Part shown: in pieces, positions 9,200 to 18,783 of the stretch
How positions within the stretch are numbered: the first letter of the stretch is position 1
Layout of the letters: each line of letters opens with the position of its first letter
Origin: Thermoanaerobaculia bacterium
Lineage (GTDB): Bacteria > Acidobacteriota > Thermoanaerobaculia > Multivoradales > JAHEKO01
DNA: 64,000 nucleotides
Assembly: GCA_049678185.1 (NCBI GenBank)
Contig: JBAUDS010000444.1
Coordinates: forward strand, 7,158-71,157
Direction of reading: 5' to 3'
Program-made: the position numbers and the translations under genes
The notes under the pieces: model-generated
What the model was told of the DNA's origin: nothing
The model's database searches: none
Seen by the model: the letters and a program-made list of their open reading frames with translations, nothing else

Positions 9200-10021
9200 C
9201 TAGCCCTCTGCGGAGGGATCGGGCAGGCTCAGGCAAGCGGCGATCAGATTCCGCTTGGCGAAGTGAAAGCGTGTAAACAGACTCAGGTGATCCTCTCCCC
9301 CGAGTAGCTCGCGGGTCATCTCCGCAATGCTCTTGCCCTGGGAGTGGAGTCGGTGGACCTCACCGCGGAGCGAGACCAGGTAGTCGAGCTTGCGGACCAG
9401 AGCGTCACGACCTTCGGCGACGACACCTCGATGCGAGCATAGGAGCGTCTCGAAGTCCAACTCCAGAACCCGTCGCAGACTCTCGATGTGCTCACCCAGG
9501 TTTTCGTCAAGTCGCAGAAAGCGGGTGCGAGCGGCGATAAAGAGGTCGCCGGTAAAGAGCCATCCCCTGTCGGGCTCCAGGTAGCAGGTCGAGTCGGGCG
9601 AGTGACCGGGTGTCGGCAGGGTAACGAGCGACAGACCCCCGGGGAGCTCCATTCTGTCGGGGACCGGCGCGGTTTCCACCACCAGCGGCCGGCCCCAGAT
9701 CAGGCGACGGTAGAGCTGGACCTCGTAGCCTCTCGACAGCGGCTCCAGCCCTTCTCGAGGCGCCAGAACAGGCACCTTTAGAGTGCGCTTGATCGGTGTC
9801 AGATTACCGCTGTGATCCTCGTGATGGTGGGTGACAAGAACCCGGTGTACCTCCTTCTCCTCGAGAAACCGCCGTACAAAGCGCCACTGATTTGGGGGCC
9901 CGGTATCGATAACCGTGCCACCGACTCGGTAGAGAATGCAAGTGGTGTTGATCTGCGAGGTAAACCGGCCGACCCGGATGCCCTCGATGTCGGCAAACTC
10001 GATGCGCTCGACAACGGACAT
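9200..10021 (-). CDS. MBL-fold metallo-hydrolase
   Basis: The HHHEDHSGN (HxHxDH) motif is present. The start was taken at the internal ATG MSVVERIEF. Confidence 0.8.
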   Translation of the reverse strand: MSVVERIEFADIEGIRVGRFTSQINTTCILYRVGGTVIDTGPPNQWRFVRRFLEEKEVHRVLVTHHHEDHSGNLTPIKRTLKVPVLAPREGLEPLSRGYEVQLYRRLIWGRPLVVETAPVPDRMELPGGLSLVTLPTPGHSPDSTCYLEPDRGWLFTGDLFIAARTRFLRLDENLGEHIESLRRVLELDFETLLCSHRGVVAEGRDALVRKLDYLVSLRGEVHRLHSQGKSIAEMTRELLGGEDHLSLFTRFHFAKRNLIAACLSLPDPSAEG

Positions 10022-10099
10022 AGCGATAAACCGAGGGATGAGAAGTATACGCCCGTGCAAAACGGCCGGCCTCTGTGCCGATTCAATGCGTAAGGGTAT

Positions 10100-10136
10100 G
10101 AAGCGGCCGGCCTCCGTGCCGGCCGGGGTGGGTGGC
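10100..10136 (+). repeat. REP-like GC hairpin, copy 1 (GAAGCGGCCGGCCTCCGTGCCGGCCG plus a G-rich tail)
   Basis: The arms form an 8-bp perfect stem (CGGCCGGC / GCCGGCCG) around a 6-nt loop. The same element occurs at five loci in this window, and this copy lies 3' of the PilZ gene. Confidence 0.6.
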
Positions 10137-10158
10137 AGACAGCTAGCCCTCTGGAGGC

Positions 10159-11778
10159 CTAGCCGCTATTTTCGCTGGCGATTTTCCAGGCGCCGTCTTC
10201 CCACACCAACTCGATCGTCTTGGCCACCGAGTCGCTGAAGGTGTCGGAGGAGTAGGCTTGCGAGAAGGTAACACTGACCCGATCGGCGCCGATGGGCTGC
10301 TGGCGTAGCCCATCCAGCTCGACCTTGATCCAAGCGGGTTTGCGCAGCCGGTTGAAGCGCTGCGTCTCCCACTCGTCGCGGCTCAAACCATCAGGGGGGT
10401 TGAACTCGCTGGCGTAAAAACCCAGATAGTCATCGACCTGCTGTCCCGACCAGGCCTGGGCCCAGGCGAGAACGGTCGCATCGACCGTGGACAGGTCACC
10501 CGACCCGGCGACCTCGACCGGCGCTGGCTTTTCGATCGCCGGCTCGACCGCGGCCGTCGGCTGTGCTTCGAACAACTCGGGCAGCTCGGGAGCGGGAACC
10601 GAGGTTTCCTCGACGAGGGCCTCCTCCACGGATCCGGTCGGGTCCGGCACCTCGGCGGTCGGAGCCGGCGGCGGTGTGGCTTGGAGCTGAGCGACAGCCC
10701 CGCTCTCGGGCACCGGAGGCTCTTCGGCAACCGGTCGCGCACCACGTTGCGGCAGCCAGTAGGCGAGGGCGAGGGCGACAACAAGGCCGACGCCGATCAC
10801 ACTGACCAGAAGTGGTGCTTTGCTGCCGCGATCGCTCGTCTCGGCCGGTTGGGGAGCGGGAACGGGAAAGTCCGGCGCCGCCTCGGCCGGTGCGTCCGTA
10901 TTCAGCACGGGCTGCAGCGCCTCGACCACCACTTCGGCGGCGGCGGCCAGCGCCGATGCCGGCTCGACCGGCTCCGCCACCCGCCTGGGGGTCGGCGACT
11001 CGACCGGCTTCGCCACCGGCTTGGGGGTCGGCGGCTCGACCAGGGCGCCCTCCGCCAGCATCTTGCGCATGGTGTGTTCTTTGACCAACCGCTTGATCAG
11101 ATCCCGACTTCTCAAATCGATCTTGAGGAAGCGGACGCCCATGCCGGCGGGTTGGTCCGGCCCCTCGGTTGTCGGGCGCCGCCAGGCGACCTCGGCCTGG
11201 CCCTGGATGAGAGACATATCCTCGCCCAGGCGGAACTCGAAGGACAGGACGGTCCCAGGCCGCTTGGGCCGGATCGAGCGCACGAACATACCGTTCATCG
11301 ACAGGTTCTCGGACACTTCTTCGACAAACTCCTCGAACTTGTCGTAGGCGACGATGACCGGCTCTCGAAACGGGATGCGCCTTTTCTCGATCGGGATGTG
11401 ACCCGCGCCGCGATCCCCTCGCCGGAGGCGATTGAAGACGAAGTCCTGCACCAGCTTGAACTGGTCGTCGTCGGGGTAGACAAAAGTCAGGCCGAGGTGC
11501 CTTTCCTCCTCTCTACCGACTCCGCGGTGGGGCACACTGCGGACCACCACGGCGTTGACCTCGATGATTGTTTCCGGGGTACTTCCCTCGGGTGGCAGAG
11601 TAAAGCGGAAACCGGACAGCTCGGTGCCGACTTCGAGGGGCTCGCCGGTGATCAAGGTAGCTCCGCCGGCACTGAGGTTTTCGATGGTCCCCAGGCGAGG
11701 CGACTCCGACCCCTTGACCCAATACTGGGCCTCCAGGGGGATCACCAAGCGAGGATGCCGCCGCCTCTCGTCGAACAT
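10159..11778 (-). CDS. tandem PilZ-domain protein with a Pro-rich linker, one TM helix and a C-terminal NTF2/SnoaL-like domain
   Basis: The N-terminus has RRHPR ... AQYW, a PilZ RxxxR and D/NxSxxG-like region (ENLSAGGA). A second PilZ-like block follows (ENLSMNGMFV). Then come a PVAKPVESPTP-type repeat linker, the TM helix LLVSVIGVGLVVALALAYWL, and the C-terminal region YLGFYASEF...DEW, which resembles an NTF2-like fold. Confidence 0.65.
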   Translation of the reverse strand: MFDERRRHPRLVIPLEAQYWVKGSESPRLGTIENLSAGGATLITGEPLEVGTELSGFRFTLPPEGSTPETIIEVNAVVVRSVPHRGVGREEERHLGLTFVYPDDDQFKLVQDFVFNRLRRGDRGAGHIPIEKRRIPFREPVIVAYDKFEEFVEEVSENLSMNGMFVRSIRPKRPGTVLSFEFRLGEDMSLIQGQAEVAWRRPTTEGPDQPAGMGVRFLKIDLRSRDLIKRLVKEHTMRKMLAEGALVEPPTPKPVAKPVESPTPRRVAEPVEPASALAAAAEVVVEALQPVLNTDAPAEAAPDFPVPAPQPAETSDRGSKAPLLVSVIGVGLVVALALAYWLPQRGARPVAEEPPVPESGAVAQLQATPPPAPTAEVPDPTGSVEEALVEETSVPAPELPELFEAQPTAAVEPAIEKPAPVEVAGSGDLSTVDATVLAWAQAWSGQQVDDYLGFYASEFNPPDGLSRDEWETQRFNRLRKPAWIKVELDGLRQQPIGADRVSVTFSQAYSSDTFSDSVAKTIELVWEDGAWKIASENSG

Positions 11779-11986
11779 CCCTGCAAGGATAGGGGATCCG
11801 CCTCTTTCAGGGCATCAAATTTGTCACAGTGATACGGGCCCCAAACCAATCGGGTGCGCGGGGCAACCTTTCTGCAGTGTTTTCGTACCTTTATTGCCGC
11901 CTTGATGACTGTGCCCCCACCGGCGCGGTTACTGGAATTGGCCGCGAGGCCCGGGAACGAACGCTGAGCGAGAGGACCGAGTTGTC

Positions 11987-14900
11987 ATGAATCTGACCCA
12001 GAGCTCCTTGAAGAACCCCGCAGGGGTGGCGGTGGGCGTCGCCATCGTCGTGGTTTTTGGCCTTTTTAGCCTGTCCAAGCTGCCGGTTCAGCTCTTTCCA
12101 GATATCGAGCGGCCGCAGCTGTCGATCTGGACCGGCTGGCGCGCGGCATCGCCCAAGGAGGTCGAGTCGGAGATCTTGGAGCCCCAGGAGGAGGTCCTCC
12201 AGGGCCTACCAGGGCTCCAGGAGATGACGGCGAATGCCAATCCCGGCGGTTGCTGGATCAACCTCGAGTTCGGTCTCGAGACCGACATGCAGGGGACCCT
12301 GATCGAGGTGATCAGCCGGCTCAACCGGCTCCCACCCTTGCCGCGTGATGCCAACCCGCCCGTGATCCAGCTTGGCGGCGGCGGCGGGGGTGGTGCCAAC
12401 CAAGCCTTGAGCTGGTTCTTCATCCAGCTGCTGCCCGGCAACAACCGGACCATGGACAGCTACCAGCGGTTTATCGAGGACGTGGTCAAGACCCGCATCG
12501 AGAGCGTGCCGGGTGTGGCCGGAGTGGAGATCATGGCCGGGGCGGAAGAGGAGCTCCAGATCGTCTTCGATCCCTACCGTGCCGCCGATCTGGGCATCGA
12601 GATCCCCCGCGTGGCCGCCATTGCGGGTCGCGCCGATGATGCCTCGGGCGGCTTCGTCGATGTGGGCCGGCGGCAGTACACGCTTCGCTTTGCGGGTCGC
12701 TATAGCCCCGAGGAGCTCTCCGAGCTGGTGCTCGACTGGCGTGACGGCCGGCCGGTGCGGCTGGGAGACATCGCCGAGATAGCCGTGCGCCGTGGCGATC
12801 GCACCGACATCGCCATCCAGAACAACAACCCGGCGACCGCCATCCGCGTCGACCGGGAAAGCGGCGCCAATGTGCTCGAGGCGCTCAACAACGTCAAGGT
12901 GGAAGTGGCAGCGCTGCGAGATGGACCCCTCAAGGACGAAGGTCTGACCATCGCCCAGAGCTTCGACGCCTCGGTCTTCATCTACCGGGCCATCGGACTG
13001 GTGACCAGTAACCTGCTTCTCGGTGTGACGCTGGCCATCGGTGTGCTGTGGTGGTTTCTCCGCAAGATGCGCGCCACGCTGCTGGTCGCGACGGCCATAC
13101 CCGTATCGCTGCTGGGAACTTTTATCGTCCTCAATCTGACCGGGCGGACGCTCAATGTGATCTCGCTAGCGGGTCTCGCCTTTGCGGTGGGGATGGTCCT
13201 GGATGCCGCCATCGTGGTCTTGGAAAACGTGGTGCGTCTGCGCGAAGCCGGGCGGTCACCACTCGAGGCCGCGTTCGAGGGCACTGCCCAAGTCTGGGGT
13301 GCACTGCTGGCCTCGACGGCCACCACCGTGGCCATCTTCCTACCGGTAATTTTTCTCAAGGATGTCGAAGGACAGCTCTTTGCCGATCTTGCCCTCACCA
13401 TTGCCATCGCCGTATCGATCTCGCTGCTGGTGGCGGTGACCATTCTGCCCACGGCGGCCCGCAAATGGCTAAAGGGAGAGCGGCTCGAAGACCGTCACGC
13501 CGAGTTCTGGAACCGGATCGCCAACGGCATCACCCATTTGACCGACTCCCGGCGCCGGCGGCTGGTGCTGATCGGTGTCCTCATGACGGTTCCGATTATC
13601 ACTACCGTGGCGTTGATCCCCAACCTCGACTACTTGCCACCGGTAAAACGAGATGCGGTCGACGCCTATTTCAATTTCCCACCCGGGTCCAATATCGAGA
13701 CGATCGACAACGAGATCGTGGACGTGATCGTGGAGCGGCTCCGGCCATACATGGCGGGGGAGAAGGAGCCGGCGCTCAAGAACTACTACGTCCTCGTCTG
13801 GCCCGGGGGCGGCACTATCGGTGTGCGAGCCAAGGACCAGGGCGATGTCAAAGAGCTCGAGCGCGTCGTGCGCGACGAGGTGGTGGCCGGCTTTCCCGAC
13901 ACCCGGGCCTTTGTCTTCCAGGGCAATCTCTTTGGTGGTTTTGGCGGCAACCGCAATATCGCCGTGCACATGCAATCCTCGAACGTGGAGGCGCTGCTCG
14001 ACACCGCGCGCAACGCCCTCGTTCAAGTACCGGAGGCCATTCCCGGCGCCCAGGTGCAGGCCTGGCCTGGTACCGAGATGGCGGAGCCCGAGTTGCGACT
14101 CCACCCGGACGACCGGCGGATCATCGAGGCCGGCTGGACGCGGGAGACAGTGGCCGGTGTCATGCGCACCCTGGGCGATGGTCTGTGGGTGGGCGAGCAT
14201 TTCGACGGCGAGAAGCGGATGAACATCATTCTGCGCTCCGAGGGCTGGGACAATCCGGAGGAGCTGGCGGCCGTTCCCCTGGCCACACCCTCGGGTGCGG
14301 TGGTCCAACTGGGTGAGCTGATCGACATCGAGCGCACCGTCGGCCCGTCGAATATCCGTCGCATCGACCGGCGCCGCACGGTGACCCTCGGGGTGACACC
14401 CCCCGACGGACTGTCGCTCGAAGAAGCCCTGACCACCCTGCAGGAAGTGGTGGAGCCGCAGTTGCTGGAAAGCCTGCCGTCTGATGCGGTGGTCAAGTAC
14501 GGCGGCAGCGCCGACAGTCTGCGCAACGCCATCAAGAACATGTCGGAGAACTTCATCATCGCCTTGATCGTCCTGTTCATGCTGATGAGTGCGCTCTTCG
14601 GCTCAATGAAGGACAGCCTGCTGGTGATGCTTGCCCTGCCACTGGCCACGGTCGGTGGGGTGGTGGCGCTGCGACTGCTCAATCTGATGACTTTTCAGCC
14701 CCTCGATCTGCTGACGATGATCGGGTTCATCATCCTGCTGGGTCTGGTCGTGAACAACGCCATTCTGTTGGTGCACCAGACCCGATCAGCGGAGCGTGAG
14801 GGGCTGCGCCGACGCGAGGCTGTCAGGCAGGCACTGCGCCTGCGGACGCGGCCCATCTTCATGAGCACCCTGACCAGCATCTTCGGCATGATGCCTCTGC

Positions 14901-15094
14901 TGCTCATGCCCGGGGAAGGAAGCGTCATCTACCGTGGGCTGGCGTCGGTCATCGTGGGTGGCATGAGCGTCAGCGCCCTGTTCACGCTGTTGCTCCTGCC
15001 GAGTTTTCTGCGTTTGGGTGAAGGGGCTCAGGTCACCGAAATCAAAGACTTCACCGAACCCCGTGAGTCCGCGGAAATTGCACAGGCCTCCTAG
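11987..15094 (+). CDS. efflux RND transporter permease subunit (HAE1 / AcrB family)
   Basis: The 1035-aa protein has 12-TM topology and AcrB-like periplasmic loops, with conserved blocks LAFAVGMVLDAAIVVLEN and GMMPL. Confidence 0.9.
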   Translation: MNLTQSSLKNPAGVAVGVAIVVVFGLFSLSKLPVQLFPDIERPQLSIWTGWRAASPKEVESEILEPQEEVLQGLPGLQEMTANANPGGCWINLEFGLETDMQGTLIEVISRLNRLPPLPRDANPPVIQLGGGGGGGANQALSWFFIQLLPGNNRTMDSYQRFIEDVVKTRIESVPGVAGVEIMAGAEEELQIVFDPYRAADLGIEIPRVAAIAGRADDASGGFVDVGRRQYTLRFAGRYSPEELSELVLDWRDGRPVRLGDIAEIAVRRGDRTDIAIQNNNPATAIRVDRESGANVLEALNNVKVEVAALRDGPLKDEGLTIAQSFDASVFIYRAIGLVTSNLLLGVTLAIGVLWWFLRKMRATLLVATAIPVSLLGTFIVLNLTGRTLNVISLAGLAFAVGMVLDAAIVVLENVVRLREAGRSPLEAAFEGTAQVWGALLASTATTVAIFLPVIFLKDVEGQLFADLALTIAIAVSISLLVAVTILPTAARKWLKGERLEDRHAEFWNRIANGITHLTDSRRRRLVLIGVLMTVPIITTVALIPNLDYLPPVKRDAVDAYFNFPPGSNIETIDNEIVDVIVERLRPYMAGEKEPALKNYYVLVWPGGGTIGVRAKDQGDVKELERVVRDEVVAGFPDTRAFVFQGNLFGGFGGNRNIAVHMQSSNVEALLDTARNALVQVPEAIPGAQVQAWPGTEMAEPELRLHPDDRRIIEAGWTRETVAGVMRTLGDGLWVGEHFDGEKRMNIILRSEGWDNPEELAAVPLATPSGAVVQLGELIDIERTVGPSNIRRIDRRRTVTLGVTPPDGLSLEEALTTLQEVVEPQLLESLPSDAVVKYGGSADSLRNAIKNMSENFIIALIVLFMLMSALFGSMKDSLLVMLALPLATVGGVVALRLLNLMTFQPLDLLTMIGFIILLGLVVNNAILLVHQTRSAEREGLRRREAVRQALRLRTRPIFMSTLTSIFGMMPLLLMPGEGSVIYRGLASVIVGGMSVSALFTLLLLPSFLRLGEGAQVTEIKDFTEPRESAEIAQAS

Positions 15095-15125
15095 CGTTCA
15101 ACTGTCCTGGATGGAGTATCAAATC

Positions 15126-16208
15126 ATGAAAACCTCATCTTCGAAGTTCAAGATCTTCGCTCCCGTTCTGGCAGGAGTGCTTCTGGCCTCTGCCCTCGTC
15201 GCCGAGGAAGGGCCGCCGCCGGCGGCGGTGCAAGTGGGTTTTGCCCTCGAGCAGGAGATGTCTCCTCTGGTCTGGGTGCCGGGGACGGTGGTGAGTCGCA
15301 ACCAGGCGGTCATCGCTACCGAGATTGCCGGGCAGCTCACCTGGGTGGCCGAAGTAGGCGATGTGGTCAAAAAGGGAGATGTGGTCGCCAGGATCAACGA
15401 CCAGTCCCTACAGCTCCAGCTTCAGAACGACGATGCGACGATCAAGCGCCACGAGGCCAATCTGCAGTATCTCGAGCAGCAGGTAAAGCGCCTCGAGAGG
15501 CTGACCGAGCAACAGGTCGCTCCGGCCAGCGATCTCGAGGAGGTGGTGTCGCGGCGCGAGACCTTGGTGCAGGAGATCGTCCAGGCCAAGGTGGCTGTGG
15601 AGCAGACCCGCTACCAGCTCTCACGCACCCGGGTGACGGCCCCCTTTTCCGGCAGGGTCGTCGAGCGCCTGCAACAGCCGGGCGGCTACGCTTCTGTGGG
15701 CGGCCCAGTCGTCCGCCTGGTAGATACCGAGAACACCGAGGTGAGGGCGCAGGCGCCGCTCAGCGTCGAGAGCTATCTCCAGGAGGGAATGCGTCTGGCG
15801 GTCAAGGGACGCGACCAGGAGGCGAAGGGCACCCTGCGTGCGGCGATTCCTGTGGGCGACGAGCGATCGCGAATGTTCGAAGTGCGCGTTGCTCTCGCGG
15901 GCGAGCCCTGGATCATCGGCAGCGCGGTCCGTGTGGCTCTACCGAGTGCCAGTCCCCGACCGGTCATCGCCGTGCCCCGGGATGCCCTCATCCTGCGTAG
16001 CGACAGTATCTACCTGTTCAAGATAACCGCAGAGGGAACGGCCGAGAAAGTCGCCGTAGAGACCGGTATCGGGCACGCCTCGCTGATCGAGGTCAAGGGT
16101 AATGTCGGTGCCGGAGACCAGGTCGTAGTACGCGGCGGCGAGCGTCTACAACCAGGCCAGTCCGTAACCATAGCCGGCAACGGCGACGAAGCCCAACCGT
16201 CATCGTGA
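15126..16208 (+). CDS. efflux RND transporter periplasmic adaptor subunit (HlyD/MFP family)
   Basis: It has a signal or TM segment followed by a coiled-coil hairpin (QLQLQNDDATIKRHEANLQYLEQQVKRLERL) and lipoyl and beta-barrel motifs (RVTAPFSGRV). The internal ATG at 15126 was chosen. ATG 15111 is an alternative start. Confidence 0.8.
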   Translation: MKTSSSKFKIFAPVLAGVLLASALVAEEGPPPAAVQVGFALEQEMSPLVWVPGTVVSRNQAVIATEIAGQLTWVAEVGDVVKKGDVVARINDQSLQLQLQNDDATIKRHEANLQYLEQQVKRLERLTEQQVAPASDLEEVVSRRETLVQEIVQAKVAVEQTRYQLSRTRVTAPFSGRVVERLQQPGGYASVGGPVVRLVDTENTEVRAQAPLSVESYLQEGMRLAVKGRDQEAKGTLRAAIPVGDERSRMFEVRVALAGEPWIIGSAVRVALPSASPRPVIAVPRDALILRSDSIYLFKITAEGTAEKVAVETGIGHASLIEVKGNVGAGDQVVVRGGERLQPGQSVTIAGNGDEAQPSS

Positions 16209-16245
16209 AGCGGCCGGCCACCGTGCCGGCCGGGGAGGGTGGGGT
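16207..16245 (+). repeat. REP-like GC hairpin, copy 2
   Basis: The sequence GAAGCGGCCGGCCACCGTGCCGGCCGGGGAGGGTGGGG fills the gap between the convergent adaptor and bcp stop codons, and the adaptor TGA lies inside the repeat. Confidence 0.6.
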
Positions 16246-16715
16246 CAGGATCCCGCGCGCAGCGCCTCCAGCACCTTGGCCGGGTGATCCGCCGCCTTGG
16301 CCACACGCCGCCAGTGCTTCTTCACCTTGCCGTCGGCCCCGACCCAGACCGTAGAACGGATGACCCCGGTGGTCTTCTTGCCGTACATCATCTTTTCACC
16401 CCAGGCGCCATATTCGGCCATGACCTTCTTGCCGGGGTCGGACAGCAGGGTAAGGGGCAGGCCGTATTTGCCGACGAACTTCTGGTGAGACTCGGGCCCG
16501 TCCGGCGAGATCCCCAGAACGGTGGCTCCTTCTCTGCGAATGTCCTGCCAGAGATCGCGGAAGCCACAGGCCTCTTTCGTGCAGCCGGGGGTGTCATCCC
16601 TGGGGTAGAAATAGACGATCACGTCCTCGCCGCGAAAGTCCTCGAGTGAAACCTTGTCGCCGTTCTGGTCCGGCAGGGTGAACGCCGGCGCGGCCTTGCC
16701 TTCTTCAACGGGCAT
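16245..16715 (-). CDS. bcp: peroxiredoxin, Bcp (AhpC/TSA) family
   Basis: The FYPRDDTPGCTKEAC motif contains the peroxidatic Cys, and the fold is thioredoxin-like. The start was taken at the second ATG, which is 9 nt after AGGAGGA. ATG 16721 is an alternative start. Confidence 0.85.
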   Translation of the reverse strand: MPVEEGKAAPAFTLPDQNGDKVSLEDFRGEDVIVYFYPRDDTPGCTKEACGFRDLWQDIRREGATVLGISPDGPESHQKFVGKYGLPLTLLSDPGKKVMAEYGAWGEKMMYGKKTTGVIRSTVWVGADGKVKKHWRRVAKAADHPAKVLEALRAGS

Positions 16716-16793
16716 CTTCATCTTCCTCCTGGTCAGAACAATACCAGCCTGCACTGGAAATGCAGGCTTGGCTGTTCTTCGCCTTTCGGCGGC

Positions 16794-18647
16794 TCAGTTG
16801 TCGGTGATTTTGATGACCACGACCGTGCGGTCGTCCGACGGCTCGGCATTGCCGGAGTAGCGGCGAACGGCGTCCATGATGCCATCGGCAACCTCGCGAG
16901 CCGACCCTCCGGACAACTGGCGGAGAATCTGCTGCAGACGCTCGGCCCCGAGCTCTTCGCCGTCGGCGTTGAGGCTCTCGTCGATGCCGTCGGAGTAGAT
17001 GACGACCATGTCCCGAGGTCGGAGCTCGAGGGTGATCTCGTCGTAGGTCCGATCGGCAAACATCCCCAGCGGGATCCCCACGGCGTCGATCTGATGAACC
17101 GACCAGTCGCGGAGGAGATAGGGGCGGGGCAGGCCCGAATTGGCCAGAGTGAGCGAACGCTCGGCGCTCTTGTAGAAGGCAAAGAGCATGGCCACAAAGC
17201 GATTGTCGATCTCGAGCTGGTGGAGCTTGGTGTTCATGTTGGCCAGGATGGCTGCCGGCTGCATCCCGGTCCGGTCCACTTGCTCCCGCAGCATGCCCAT
17301 GGCGAGGGAGCCGTAGAGGGCGGCCGAGGTGGATTTTCCCGCCACATCGCCCACCGCCAGGGCCATCTGGCCCTCGCAGCAGGGTAAAAAGTCGTAGAAG
17401 TCGCCACCCAGATGCCGCGCCGGCTCGTAGCCGACGGCCACCTGGAGACCCGGCATCCAAGGTCTGGTTTTGGGCAGCAGCTGCTTCTGGATCTCGCGAG
17501 CCGTCGACAGGTCTTGCTCGAGACGCTGCTCGTCCTTGCGTAACTGCTCGTAGAGACGAGCGTTCTCCAGGGCGATGGCCAGTCCCGCGCCTAGAGTCGA
17601 GAGAGTCTGCTCGTGCTGCATGGTAAAGGCGTCGTACTGGGTACTCTCCAGGTCGAGAACTCCCACCAGCTGTCCCTTGACCATCATGGGCGCGGCGAGC
17701 TCGGAGCGCACTTCCAGATCGGTGACACAGGAGACGTACCGCGGATCCAGGTGGATGTTGGGAACCCGTAGGGTCTGTTGGAGTGCGGCCGCGGTGCCGC
17801 AGATTCCCTGACCCAAAGCCAGGCTCCGGGCCGTCCCCACTTTGGGACCGTCGCGATAGAAAGAAATTCTGGGCTCGAGTAGCTGGGTCTCTTCGTTCCA
17901 GAGCAGGACCGTAAAGACGTCGTGGTCGATCAATCGGCGGACGAGCTCGGCAACCTTCTCGAGGAGCTCTTCACTGTCCAGAATCGAGGCCAGCTGGCGA
18001 TTGACTTCGTGGAGCATCGACAGCGTCTGCGCCTGCTCCTGCAGGTTGTGGTAGAGACGTGAGTTCTCGATCGCGTTGGCGAGTTGTCCGCCCAGGGGCT
18101 CCAGCAGACGCCGGTCCTTCTCGGTAAAGAAACCGGGCTTGCTGCTCCCCAGGTCGAGTACCCCGATGGTCCGGTCTTTGGCCACCAGCGGGATGGCCAA
18201 CTCCGAGCGAACACCCTCGGTGGCTTGGATGTAGCGGGAATCCTTCTCCACATCGGGGACGAGAACGGACTCCCTGGTTTCGGCGGCGGTGCCCACGATC
18301 CCCTGACCCATACCAAAGCGCCAGTGTTTCGCCACCTCTTCGCGGAAGCCCACCGCCAGCTCGAACTGGAGCTCGCGGCCCATGTCGTCCACCAGCAGGA
18401 TGCCAAAAGTGTCGTAGTCGACGAACTGCTTCAGACAGTCGGCCACCCGACGCAGACCCTCCTGTAGGTCGGGAGAGGCGTTGATCTCCTGGGTGACCGA
18501 GAGGATGCAGGCCAGTGTCTCAGCCTCGTGACGCGGGTCGAGACCTGTCGTCGTTTTGACCTCGGGTGTCACCGCGGCCTCTGCAGCCTCGTTCGAGGCG
18601 TCGGGTCTGTCGAGTTTCTCGATCATGTCGTCTGACCCTGCTAACAA
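16794..18647 (-). CDS. GAF-domain protein phosphatase of the PP2C/SpoIIE family (RsbU-like)
   Basis: Two GAF-like domains are followed by a PPM domain (GDVAGKSTSAALYGS, DGIDES). Confidence 0.85.
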   Translation of the reverse strand: MLAGSDDMIEKLDRPDASNEAAEAAVTPEVKTTTGLDPRHEAETLACILSVTQEINASPDLQEGLRRVADCLKQFVDYDTFGILLVDDMGRELQFELAVGFREEVAKHWRFGMGQGIVGTAAETRESVLVPDVEKDSRYIQATEGVRSELAIPLVAKDRTIGVLDLGSSKPGFFTEKDRRLLEPLGGQLANAIENSRLYHNLQEQAQTLSMLHEVNRQLASILDSEELLEKVAELVRRLIDHDVFTVLLWNEETQLLEPRISFYRDGPKVGTARSLALGQGICGTAAALQQTLRVPNIHLDPRYVSCVTDLEVRSELAAPMMVKGQLVGVLDLESTQYDAFTMQHEQTLSTLGAGLAIALENARLYEQLRKDEQRLEQDLSTAREIQKQLLPKTRPWMPGLQVAVGYEPARHLGGDFYDFLPCCEGQMALAVGDVAGKSTSAALYGSLAMGMLREQVDRTGMQPAAILANMNTKLHQLEIDNRFVAMLFAFYKSAERSLTLANSGLPRPYLLRDWSVHQIDAVGIPLGMFADRTYDEITLELRPRDMVVIYSDGIDESLNADGEELGAERLQQILRQLSGGSAREVADGIMDAVRRYSGNAEPSDDRTVVVIKITDN

Positions 18648-18783
18648 GAAAAGCCGTCTTTTCCTTCCCTAGATTACCGTTTGTCACCTCGATTCGAGCG
18701 ACGCCGAGGGAATTGACGCCAGAGGGTCAACGTACATAACCTAGACTCACACTCGCTCTCAGAAGGGGTCAGGAGGTTGGACC

